Shown here: piece by piece, positions 22,862 to 34,708 of the stretch
How the letters are laid out: the number at the start of each line of letters is the position of its first letter
How positions within the stretch are numbered: the first letter of the stretch is position 1
NCBI RefSeq assembly: GCF_964194155.1
Contig: NC_135879.1
Span: forward strand, 24,986,001-25,050,000
DNA length: 64,000 bases
Direction of reading: 5' to 3'
Origin: Cetorhinus maximus
Lineage: Eukaryota
Notes under the pieces: generated by a model
Database searches by the model: none
What the model was told of the DNA's origin: nothing
What the model saw: the letters and a program-made list of their open reading frames with translations, nothing else
Position numbers and translations under genes: made by a program

Positions 22862-24819
22862 CTTGGCTAATTTTTCACCTCTTCCTAGTCCAGGAGCACT
22901 GACACCAATTGTCGCATCTTCACAACCACTCCAGCTCAGATCAGCTAACCCATTGCTATGAAATGGATTCTGCTGTATGAGTTATGTTCTGATTGGTGTA
23001 TTATGCAATGAGGTCTGATGTTCAGGTATTAAACCTGTGTATGGCTTAGTAACATATTGGATGTCTGTATGTAGCCATCAACTTGTACAACCCTAGCCAA
23101 CGATGTAATTTGTAATATCCCAACTCATATCATGGGTGACACCAATCAAAGCGACAGAGCAATGCATTAAACCTGGGACAATCTGGACCTGTGAGTGAAT
23201 GCCGTATCATATGTTGCTTTACACAGTGAACTATCAAAAGAGCCACAAATTGGAATGTGAAAAAGAATTGCTCCTATAGAAAGATCAGTTTTAGCAGTTA
23301 ATAAATGTGCAAGTTTCAAAAGACAGTCAGTACTCAAAGGTTAATCTGCTCTGTTTCATTTCAGTGATGTGTGCCAGTGGCAAAACACTCTGACCTCCAC
23401 TGTGGATATCAATTTTCTTCAAATTTGTCTCCATCTATTTTCTTTAGAAAATAGAACACAGCACAGTAAGCTTTAAAAGTAATAGCAAACTTTATTAGTT
23501 TAACAGGCTTAGACTTGACAAAAAGGAAGAACATGATTACCCTCATTTGTTGGGATGGACTTCTGCTAAACACTCGTGAGATACATGGAACAGCTTGCTG
23601 TGAAGGGAGGAGTAAATTTGTGGGTACTTTGAAAAGATACATACTTACCCCTCTTGTATTGGACATGCTTATTTTTCCTTATTTGCTTTAAATGTGTATG
23701 TTACCCTTCTTACTGGGTTAATTTGGGCAGTGCATACTGTCTCAGGCATAAGGGAACATAAAATTCCCCCAGTACATGCTTGGCCCAGTCACCAGGAGAT
23801 ATGCAATAACAACCAGCTGTGATTCACCCTCTGATAACAGCTCCCTCTCAGTCATAGTGGAGCATTTGATTTTTACTTAACAAATCCTTAATTTCATAAC
23901 TGCTATTTTCTTTACACAGAAGTCCTTGGTTTAAAATAAATGAATTCTCTTTCACACAAGTGCACCATTTCAATGAAAAAGAAGTGCAGTAAAAATGGTC
24001 TTCTAACATTAGATGGACAAAGAGTATTTTTAGAGCGCCTATCCACAAGTCAGCACAGACAAGAACATAATTGATCTTGTTGAATATTACTGAAAGCATT
24101 TCTAATGAAGACTAGGTTAAATGTTTTTGCTGGAGACTGTGCGAAGAATAAAAAAGACGAGTGGTGATTAGTTTGCAAACAAACCATCTACATTTAAATA
24201 ATTGGTAGCTAGTGGACATGGTCTAGGGGAGATTACAGCTTTCATCCTTTTCACTGGAATGTCCTTTTCCCAAATTCCAAAGAAAAGTCTTCCACAAAAG
24301 ATTTCAGCAGAAGAAAAGAAAGCATTTGAAAAATAAATAAGTGGAATGCTTTAATGTCAGGCCATCAAGATCACATGTCAAGTTCTTTACATAAGCATAT
24401 GCACACCTACAATTACCTTTTTCCTTAATCCTCAGACATGTGCTCCTACAGTTACTTCCTTCTTTGGTTGCCTTGTGTCTATATGGTATTTTGTACGAAC
24501 ATTATTTCACTCAACACTCACCATACACTTTAGGTACTATACATGAAAAACATTTAACCTACTTAGGTACTTTAGAATGAAAATACCAGTTAACCTCCCA
24601 TCATCTTGTGCACAGAAAACCAAGATCAAGAGTAATTTCTCAGATGGAGCAAGATTCGAAGTTGGGTAATAATTGATCCAAGACTTACAGGATATCATTT
24701 AGTTCCCATTTTCAAGTTATATATTCAGTCCTTCTTATTACACATTCCTATATATTTTACATATTATTAATGAAAATCGACTGTGAAAACTAATCAGTCT
24801 TCAATCACACCATCCCACT

Positions 24820-25180
24820 GTGTTGCAGTGCCTTTACAGGGCAAGAGATGTAACAACAAGAACAATTCCAAAATCGAGAGATTATACCTATCAGGGATGG
24901 TTGAACAGGCTGGCGATCTTTTCTCTAGAAAAGATAAGACTGAGGAGTGACCTGATACAGATGTTTAAGATTGATTGTGTAGACATAGAGAGGATGTTTA
25001 CACTTGCGGGTGAGACCAGAAGCAGGGGCCAAAAATGTAAGATAGTCACAAGTAAATCCAATAAGGAATTCAGGAGAAACTTCTTCACTCAGAGGGTGGT
25101 TAAAATGTGAAACTCATGAAATTCACGACCACAAGGAGTGGTTCAGATAAATAGTTTGGTACATTTAAGGGGACATTAGC
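24820..25180 (+). mobile_element. CR1 LINE 3' fragment
   Basis: ORF 24820..25110, FSLEKIRLRSDLIQMFK...RRNFFTQRVVKM. Confidence 0.85.
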
Positions 25181-25620
25181 TTTACCTGGTATATCACCCC
25201 CGTTCCTTGGTGTACCTGGTATATCATCCCCCCTCCTTTGGTGCATCTGGTATATCTCCATCCTCCCCCCAGTGTACCTGTTATATTATCCCCTACCCTG
25301 GTGTACCTGGTATATCACCCCTACACGAAGTGTACCTGTTATATCATCCTCTTTCCTGGTCTACCTGATATATCTTCCCCATCCCCCCAGGTACACCTCC
25401 CCTCCTCCCCCCACCGTTCCCCTCCTCCGGTTACCTGGTAACTCACCCTACCCCTGGTGTACCTGGCATAGCACACTGTTCTACCTGGTATATTAACCCC
25501 CATTCCTCAGCGTATCTGGTACATCACGGCCCCTTCCCCTGTGTACATGATATATCAGCCCCCTTCCCCCCAATGTAACAGGTATATCCATCCCCGCCCC
25601 TGTGCACCTGCTAAATCTCC
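25181..25620 (+). repeat. Minisatellite, ~29-nt unit (GTGTACCTGGTATATCA followed by a C-rich tract), about 14 degenerate copies
   Basis: Repeated tacctggtatatca core, visible directly. Confidence 0.85.
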
Positions 25621-26470
25621 CTCATGGATGAAAAGGGACAGTAGCAACATAAGTACAAAATTGGCTGAGTGACAGGAAACAGAGAGTAGTGGTAAACGGT
25701 TGTTTTTGGACCAGGGGAAGATTTATACCAAAGTTCCCCTGGGATCAGTGTTAGGACTCCTGTTCTTCCTGATATATACTAATGACCTAGACCTTGGTGT
25801 ACAGGGCACAATTTCAAAATTTGCAGACGATGCAAAACTTGAAGGTATTGTGAACCATGGGGAGAATAGTGTAGAACTTCAAAAGTACATAGACAGGTTG
25901 GTGAAATGGGTGGACAGGTGACAGATGAAATTTAATGCAGACAAGTGTGAAGTGATTCATTTTTGTAGGAAGAATTGAGAGAGACAATATAAAGAGTACA
26001 AAGCAGATGCAAGAGCAAAAGGGACCTGGGTATATTTGTGCGTAAATCATTAAAGGTAGTGGAACAGGTTGAGAGAGCAATTAATTAAGTATATGGCATC
26101 CTATGCTTTATCCAATAGTGGCATACAGTGCAAAAGCAAGGAAGTTACGTTAAGCCTGTATAAAATACTGGTTCAGCCTTAACTGGAGTATTGCATCCAG
26201 TTCTGGGCACCACACTTTAGGAAGGATGTGAAGGCATCAGAGAAAGAGCAGAAAAGATTCATGAGAACGGTTTCAGGAATGAGGAACTTCAGTTACATAG
26301 AAAGATTGGAGAAGTTGGGACTGTTCTCCTTGGAGAAGAGAAGGTTGAGAGGAGATTTGATAGAGAGATTTGAGATCATGAGGGGCCTGGGCAGAGTAGC
26401 TAGGGATAAACTGTCCCATTGGTGGAAGGATCAAGGTTCTGTTGGGGTGAACAGCCTGTTTCTGTGTTTT
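25621..26470 (+). mobile_element. CR1 LINE RT and C-terminal fragment
   Basis: VPLGSVLGLLFFLIYTNDLD...SKFADDAKL and LEKLGLFSLEKRRLRGDLIE. Confidence 0.9.
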
Positions 26471-27234
26471 AAATGTTCTCTAATACTTTGTAATACATCA
26501 TAAAAAGTTTACATAGGTGATTTCCAATATAAACGTGAACATAGAAATTTAAATTAGAAAAGAAACTATGCTTAGGCATAATATGATATCATTGACATGT
26601 TATAGATTTAACTGAATCTTCACCATCTCTTTCAAATACTTTATATTGGAAGTTCTTAACCAAGCTTCTTCCTTTATTTAATTTAATGCAGCTGAAGTGA
26701 AAAAGGAGGAAATCTGTGCATACAGTAGCCTTCCTAGTAAGCGGAACTTGCTCTCAAGTTACAGCTGCCTAAATTCAAAAATATTGTGATTCAAAATTAA
26801 CAGCTTTTACCATTTGTTACATCATTGCAGAAATTACATAAACCCACCATAAAAATGCAATTGAATACAAATGGGTAAAACAAATCTGACCTTACTTTTC
26901 ATGAAACAGCAATGCTAGGATGTAACCTTTTCAGTTATAGGATGGTAATTTTGTTGTTTAAATATGATTGGCAAGGTATGTATTGACATTTGATTTCATT
27001 TTGCTTTAAGTGTTCCAGATTCTTGAACATTAAGCCCACACATACTAGGCAGTGAAATCCTTAAAAGATTTGAAGAGGAATTCTTACATTGAGCTTTCAG
27101 TGCATTCACTGTTTGATGGCCACAGCATTAACTGCTACTTGATGTCTGCAACACCCTTTGGAAATAATACATAGCACTGTAATTCCTAAAGGAACTAACA
27201 CCATCTAGTCATTTGGTAGTACAGAACTTGAGTA

Positions 27235-29160
27235 TTGCTGAAAAAAGAGACATTTGTAGCTTTTCGTCTTGCCTCATCAAGACACTTCACAAGAATACCA
27301 ATTTAAAGGGAGAAACAACAATTTGTACTGCATGTGAAGAGAGTGCTGATTGGTTGACAAGTGGACTCTGATTGGCAGAGGCATTGCCATGGAGAATGCA
27401 CCAGTGATGATGACTAATAGTTAACTGTCAAGCATTTTTTGAAATTTAAACCAGGCAGCTTGACTCTGATTGGTCAAGGTATTGCCCTGAGGAATGAATC
27501 AGGCTGTCACTTATTTTGTTTAGCTGAAAGAGGTGCATTGTGTGTATATGTTCTTTCTGTCTGCAAAGAACAGGGCCCTGTGTATATGTAGCTTCCAGTA
27601 CATGTAAAAGCACCACACTGCAAGCCTGACTGACAATCTTAAATTGGTTGTCAGCATAATTCTTAGCACACTGAGGATTATTTAGCAAACATTATCTAAT
27701 CGCAGAATCACATCTAATGTTGGCCACTGTGTTGAGTTTTGCAAGCACGGGCTGGTTGAGTACAGCCTGTAACTTGCCCATTCCAAACAACAGCTGGGAC
27801 ATGCTGTTTGATATCATCTGCCAGTCTTTGGGATGTATGGCCTACATACCTAGCATCACACTGGCACTGAAATTCATGTACCACATTACTCATTTGTGTG
27901 ATAAGCAGAATGTCTTTTAGGCTTGACGGCAGCGTCCTGTTAGTGGCAAATACCACTCGTGTTGCTGCTGCATAGAAGCAGCGTGAAACAGCTAGCTTCA
28001 CCTGTTGCTCAAACTTTTGAGATACCTTGCCCTTCCAGTGTAATCTGAGGTAGACTGGGCACTTTTTAGATCCAGAAATGATGGCCTTAGGCCCGTTCAT
28101 GAGTTTGTGTGATATACAGCGTGAAATGATCTGATCAGGGTAGCCATTATCCTGCAGGATACCTCTGATGAGCCCTATTTCAGCATCAAGCTTGCATGGT
28201 AAGCAAATGGCTCGGGCCTTATTTACAAGGTTGTCGATAAGACCAATCTTATACTGTGTGGAACATTAAGAATCCCAACGTGTATATTGACCAATGAAGG
28301 TAGGCTTGTGGTAGACCATGGTAGAGAACCCCCTGGCAGATTTCTCAACTAGCACGTCAAGGAAGGAGAGTTAATTTTTCTGCTCCATTTCAAAGGTGAA
28401 TTTGAGCGCAAGATGGAGCCCATTAGGACATGTAAGAAAATTATTACATGCAGCTGTGGATTTAAATATAGCAAACATATCATCCACATATGGAAAATAT
28501 GTGAGGGGTAGGAGGTTAGGTGTCGGTCCATCAAAGACATGTTTCCCATGGAATCCAACAAAGATTCAAGAACTGGGCCTAGAGGGGAACCAATGGCAAT
28601 GCCATGTATTTGGACATACATGGTGTCATTAAAACTGAACTCAACTGCGCGAGTTGCTGAGTTCATAAATTCAATGAATACTGATTTGCGCAATGGTGGA
28701 GGGTCTAGATCCACATGATATAGTGCTGTAGCACTAATATCTATGGCTCCTTAAGAATTACGCTGACAATCAATTTAAGATTGTCAGTCAAGCTTGCAAT
28801 GTGGCTCATTTGCATGTACTGCAAGCTACATATATTAATACCCAGGGCCCTGCTCTTTGCAGACAGAAAGAACATGTACATAATGCACCTCTTTCAGCTA
28901 AACAAAATAAGTGACAGCCATTTTCTGACTCATTCCTCAGGGCAATGGCTTGACCAATCAGGGGCAGGGTGCCTGGTTTAAATTTCAAACAATGCTTGGC
29001 AGTTAACTGTCAGTCACCATCACTGGTGCATTCTCCTTGGCAGCACTTCTACCAATCAGAGTCCACTTGCCAACCAATCAGCACTATCTTCACATACAGT
29101 ACAAATTGTTGTTTCCACCTTATAATGGTATTCTTGCGGCGTTTCCTGATGAGTGTAACA
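27235..29160 (-). mobile_element. Penelope-like element, 5'-truncated, with inverted pseudo-LTRs
   Basis: RT motif FSFNDTMYVQIHGIAIGSPLGPVL (ORF 28349..28714) and GIY-YIG-like NVVHEFQCQCDARYVGHTSQRL..IKQH (ORF 27714..28100). ~400-bp inverted repeats at 27272-27665 and 28752-29153. Confidence 0.9.
27250..27285 (-). ncRNA. Degenerate minimal type I hammerhead ribozyme motif in the Penelope pseudo-LTR
   Basis: The minus strand reads TTGATGA-G-GCAAGA-C-GAAA-AGCT. The opposite arm keeps CTGATGAG at 29146-29153. Confidence 0.5.
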
Positions 29161-29559
29161 GCATCTAGTTACAGAAATAGTACAGCACCAAAACTTCATT
29201 TTAATACTCCAAAGAAATTCTCCAAATTTTGAATACTATTAAAATAGGAGTTAATTCATTCCTGTGTTGTTTTTCAAGTATATTTTAGCAATGTAATTAA
29301 CACTGTTCATTATCCATACTGTAACTAATTACGATTTCTCTTTTATTTTACTTTAACAAAGGCAGTTTTTTTTTTAAGCTGATAAATCAAATACTTGTTT
29401 TTGTTGCCATTGGGAAGTTCAAGCAACAGATCTTGGTGAATCTTGGAGTAGCTCACTCAGAAAAGTCTACCAAAATGGCACCTTTCATGAGATGGAGCAA
29501 TCTGGGTATTGTTAGCAATACTATTTTTTCCTCGGTTTGTAGTTGAATTTTAAAAAGGA

Positions 29560-29910
29560 ATGGGTGATGCAAAGTGTTATTAACCTCCGCTAACTTGATT
29601 CAAATCCAGACCAGACCCATAAGGTGAAACCCTCTGTTGTCTGTTGCCCTGTGTAAAATAAGTTTAAGCAGTTTCAAACAGCTCCAATTGGGCACAGACC
29701 CACAGAAGAAAACTGCACTAACTTGGCAAATTTGCTTACAGAAATGCAGAAAATGATAACAAAATGCCTTTTCAGAATTGGGGCTAAAGTGTACTGTTGA
29801 TGTAAAACAGAGAAAGTTTTAATTTGCATCTAACTATATTGAACTTAATTTTGGAATACCCGATAAAATGCCCAACATGGAAGTGTTCCATTCTCAAGTA
29901 CAAACATTGC
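29560..29910 (+). mobile_element. Ancient tRNA-headed SINE, LF-SINE-like
   Basis: B-box-like GATTCAAATCC and core aaaactgcactaacttggcaaatttgc; similar to the reverse complement of 10295-10685. Confidence 0.45.
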
Positions 29911-30933
29911 TTGCTTTGATGAAGCCAAATACTCATAAAATAAAGTTAATTCCCTTGTTACAAAGTTTCTAAATTTGCTGCCCAATGTGCAACTGAACCA
30001 CACAGACTAAACAGGTGCCAGGATTGATTCCTGGTCAATGCTGACCATGATAATCCCATCTAAAATAGCAAAATAGGTGGCCCAATTGGCCTCAGGAAAG
30101 CTGAGCTAAGAAATAGCTAGGGTGCCTCTATTCGATTGCGATCCTGTGGCTGTTGTGAGGTATATTTGTGTGGACCTTGGATGAGGATATAATCAAGATC
30201 AGCTGTGATTTCTTCCAATGCTTCAACAGTTTCCTGGTATCAATAAATGAAGCTCACACAAAGAATTGCCAGTGTGATGAGGTACCAGATGACAGCTAGC
30301 ATCTGTATAACACCATAGCAAATACCGATCAAGTGATGAGAAATTCAGAAGTTGACAAACAAAAAGATAAAAAGGATGAAGAAAGAAGCAATTGGTGGCA
30401 AATGATGTCACTGCCTCACTGATGATATTGTTCGATATGATTACGGTTACAAACCGAATTGTAAGGTGACAATGTTCCTTTAGAGTTTTATCTTACATGC
30501 TGGCATTAGGATTGCCACGTCAAAGCGTCTCCTGTAATCTCATACTTAAGTTAATAAGTTCTATTGGGATTTTTTTTCCCCACGTAAAATTTGACCTTAA
30601 GAGGGCTCCATTGTAAAATGGTAAGCAACCTTGCATCTTAAGTAGGGTGATCCTCTCGTTTAAAGACACCACGGACAATTGAGGCAGCTCAAGCAGTTTC
30701 ATATTTCATTCCCAACCAGAATTACACATGTTCCAAGTCCCAGGGCTGCCTGTCACTCAAAATCAGTTGCCTCAGTTAGTTGAACTTCATCAGTTCTCGA
30801 CCAGACCCCTAGAGGAAGTGCTATGTGGAAGTAAAGGGTTCCATTCCCGGGGAGGGAGTATGGAGGGAGGGGAAAGAGAGAGAAGTGTCATTGTCCAACG
30901 CACCCTGCTCAAATCGCACCTCCTGCCAGCCGC

Positions 30934-31028
30934 TCACAGAGCTGCATTGACGGCAGTCGTGGAGAAGTCTGCATCCTGGACCGTCCTGCTCTCCCCCAGC
31001 TGGAGGAGGATGCACCTCGGTGAACGGC
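30934..31028 (-). CDS. Candidate alternative PCDH10 exon in intron 3 (terminal, or frameshifting cassette)
   Basis: Long polypyrimidine acceptor tctttccattttttcctgtctttctccccttgcag. Phase-1 reading gives (G)RSPRCILLQLGESRTVQDADFSTTAVNAAL*. GC-rich and not recognisably repeat-derived; possible donor GTGAGC at 30937. Confidence 0.4.
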
Positions 31029-33105
31029 CTGCAAGGGGAGAAAGACAGGAAAAAATGGAAAGAACATTTTAAATAACTGGGGGCACCTTATTCGTGGGAG
31101 CACTTTACATGTTAAAATCACGGTGGAATTCACTAATCAATGTCCATTAATGTGCATAACAATGGAACACTGACATACAAAGAAAATGTCAGTCTTGAAG
31201 CTCACCGTCAAGGCACTTTTAAAAAATATATTGAACAGTTGAGAAGATTATCAATCAACTTAATTATTTTTCTGATTACTTTTGCACATTTCTAATTTGT
31301 TTTCAAATATTTAGATTTACAAGGTCCCTGTTGATGACATAATTGACAGAACTTTACAAGGGGAATTACCCTATCTACTGCTGTAAGGACATGCAGTTGT
31401 GATTAACAAGTGGTGCTAATATGCTGATGCTATTCAACTGTTCGATACCATAGGAAAATAATATTATGCAAAAAGAGCGATAAGGATTGAGCAGCCCATT
31501 TAAGATACTTCTGTGCATTTTTGCAAATACCAGAATCTTGATCGGTTCAGGCTATTCAGTGCAAACTGCCAATTTACAAAATGGCAGCAAACAAGTGTAG
31601 AAACAAAAAACATCCATGTGCACATCTTTCCTGCCATTTTCGCTGACCCACTGTACATTTAACATTCGTGGCAGAAGCTAAACTGAGGCAGATTTCCAGT
31701 ATTTCAGGACTGAGGAAATGCAGCTTACTAAAATTATGAGTCACATCTGCTTAAGAACCGGTATGATGCCCTGAAGCACTCCAACCACTCGTGGAAAATG
31801 AAATAAATGTAACAACAAAGATATTTGGAGTTTAAAAATATGAGGCCAGTATCTCCTCAAAAGCAGTCCTACCATTGCTTATCAGTACTTGCCATTCAGA
31901 GATATTCCAAAAAAATGATTTGAAATTGAACAGGGAGTCTCCATTTTCGGAAATGAAATTTTCTAAGAAGATTCAATTACCTACAAAAGGTTTGCCTTAA
32001 AACAAATGTGATCACATCTCGGGTGTTCATAAAATTGATCCACTTTGTCTGTCAAATTGCGAGTTAGTACAAGCATAGGAAATGAACAGATGTATGTAAT
32101 ATAATTTCATACCAGCTCAAATGGCCCTGTCGCCAACCTACCAGTGCTCGTGCTACTGAAGCGCCTAGAGCCATGTAATTAAAGCTTGCTCTCTATTTAC
32201 AACCTGCCTCTTCTCTCCCCTGGGACTTCTACTGAGGAGATTTATCAAGCACAATAAAAACTAAAGTCCATGCCTACAAAGCAGGTAAAACACTTACTCC
32301 TCTTACAAGCTTGTTTCAGATATCACAGTCAAGTCACCAAAAAAAGTGTGATGGCATTGAGAAAAAGCATTGTCACAGAAATTAAGCCATGAAAACTGAG
32401 CCTCACTACCATATGGTTGAGGAGCATAAGGCAAAAAAAAACAGGGGATGACAGCAGGCAATTCTGCACAAATCTAAGAGTTTTCTGTTACTGGGCTGTG
32501 CCCTCTCAATGATAAATTTTACACTTTTCGTGTGACTTATAAGTTGTTTATCAAGCACAGAGATAAGGGTCAAATATCTGTGTGACAGAAGGGGAATTGG
32601 CTAGGGAAATAGCTGGGGTATACACAGCAAGGAAAGGGCTGAAAACGATACTGTGTAGCTTTGTGAGTACTGTATTTCATAAAATATGATCACGGGGTTA
32701 AGTGTTTTACACAAAATTCATCATCCAGGGTATATTAGACAGAATGTTTTTATAATATCTATAACAAGTGATGCCAAGTCCACAACAATTCAATGAGGAT
32801 AATTTCTCTAAGCATTTAAAATGTCAAAAGTCACTAATCAATGAATAATTGTTGAACTCCAGGAGACTGTCAGAGAATAATTCTGCTCTTGGAGAAACAT
32901 TTACCTAAGATGACCCAATTAGAAACAATTTTGGTGATAGCATAATGTTGCTTAATTTGGACCATTTTGCCTTGAGGGTCAACTGTCCTGTTACAAATGG
33001 CTCCTCACATGTGCAGAGGAAAAACAATTCCTCTGATCCTGTATTCAGCCATTCTGCATATCCCGCTGTGCATTTTACTTCAATACAGGTGAATGGCAAG
33101 TCAAT

Positions 33106-33762
33106 GGGCAGAATTTTGCCTTTGGCGTGCGGAATTGGCAGGGGCGGTCCAGAAGCCGACCACCGTCCGCAATCGACAGCACACCGCAGTTTCACACTGG
33201 CTTCCCAGTGTGATACCCGGGCAGCAGTGCTGAGCACTGCCAGTGCAGGCAGGGGGGAGGAGGGTGAGCAGGCCTAGCGTCCACTTCGCGCATACGCGCA
33301 GAAGAGCGCTCAATAATCTCCCTGTGGCATGGAGCTGCCTCAGGGAGATGAAGGATATATTGAAAAAATTACTAAACAGCAGAAAAATTAATAAAACATG
33401 TCCCCTCATGTGACTCTGTCACATGAGCAGGGACATGTTTTTAATTAAAAATTAAAGTTTATATCTCATTTGCATTTGCTTTTGGAAACCTCATCCTGCC
33501 TGTGGATGAGGTTTCCAAAAAAATGCAAAGGCTGCTTGGCCTTTTCACCTGCCCATCAACTGTTAGGTTGAAAGGGCAGTGAAAAATTCAGGACAATTGA
33601 TAACTTAATGGCCTCAATAGGCCTCTTAATAATTGGCGGCCATGCTGCCGGCTGTGGTGTGTGCCCATCGACTGAGCTATCGCACGTTTGGCTGACATCG
33701 ACGCACGTCATTTCATGCTTAGTCGGGTTGGGTACGCGCCCGTTGAGTTAAAAATACTGCCC
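33106..33762 (-). mobile_element. Harbinger-type MITE (family B-related), complete
   Basis: TIRs GGGCAGAATTTT / AAAATACTGCCC; AAT duplication on both sides; resembles the reverse complement of 20069-20790. Confidence 0.88.
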
Positions 33763-34047
33763 AATGACTGCTCTTTGTTTATGGCCAAAAGTATGTAAAG
33801 TGCCTGGCAAGTGGCAATCTAATGGTAGGTCTATGAATTCTAGTGAATTCCACATCAGGCTGCCTAGTAATTTAATAGGAGAGCAACAGGATCTATCCTG
33901 AAAACACTTTGGCTTCTGGCAAGTATTTGGTAGAGTCAATCCTGTTTGATCCAAAGAATGCAGCTTGAAGTAACAATGTATAATAGGTTCATAATAAGCT
34001 TCACGATAACATTTGAACACTGTATATTCAGAATCCAAATCAACTCG

Positions 34048-34708
34048 GGGTAGAATTTTTGGGTTGGTGGGCAGCCGCAATCAGCGGGCCCAGGAGCAGC
34101 CGGGAACAGGCCGCCACCCACAATCGGCCCCCGACCGCAATTTGAAAGGCGCACTGAAAGGCTGGGGTAGGGATGGGAATAGGGCGAGTGCTGAAGTCAG
34201 CGCGGGCAGGGGGGAGTGCGGAAGGAAAGCTCCCTGAAGGCAGAAAGCTGCCTCAGGGAGTTGGAGAATTTAAAACCAATAAGCACAGAATTTAAAATCT
34301 GGAAAAAATTGTAAATGCATCCGAATGAGTCACGTGTGCATGGACGTTATAAAAATTCTGTGCATAGACCTTTTTTTATAGTTAATTACGGAAACCTCAT
34401 CCCGCCTTTGGATGAGGTTTCCTGAAAAATGCAACGGCAGCTTGGCCACTTCTCCCACCCTGTCTTGTCCACCCGCCAACCGTAAGGTTGGATGGGCAGT
34501 GAAAAATCCCTGTTAATTGGTACTTCAATGGCCTTAATAGGCCTCTTAATTGTGGGTGGGAGCGCTGCCGACTCTCGCATGTGCCCACCGACCAAAATAT
34601 CGTGCGAGTGCATGATGACCTAGGGACGCTTGCCCGACGTCATCGCGCGCTACTTCACGCTCAAGCATGTCGGGCGTGTGCCTGCACGCCAAGTGGAAAA
34701 TTCTGCCC
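34048..34708 (-). mobile_element. Harbinger-type MITE (family B-related), complete
   Basis: TIRs GGGTAGAATTTT / AAAATTCTGCCC; flanks TCG/TCA. Confidence 0.86.

Noticed and set aside
25181-25620. Repeat-spacer appearance suggesting a CRISPR array
   Set aside because: Vertebrate context, degenerate repeats, short low-complexity spacers and no cas genes; it is a minisatellite. The same applies to 57398-57552.
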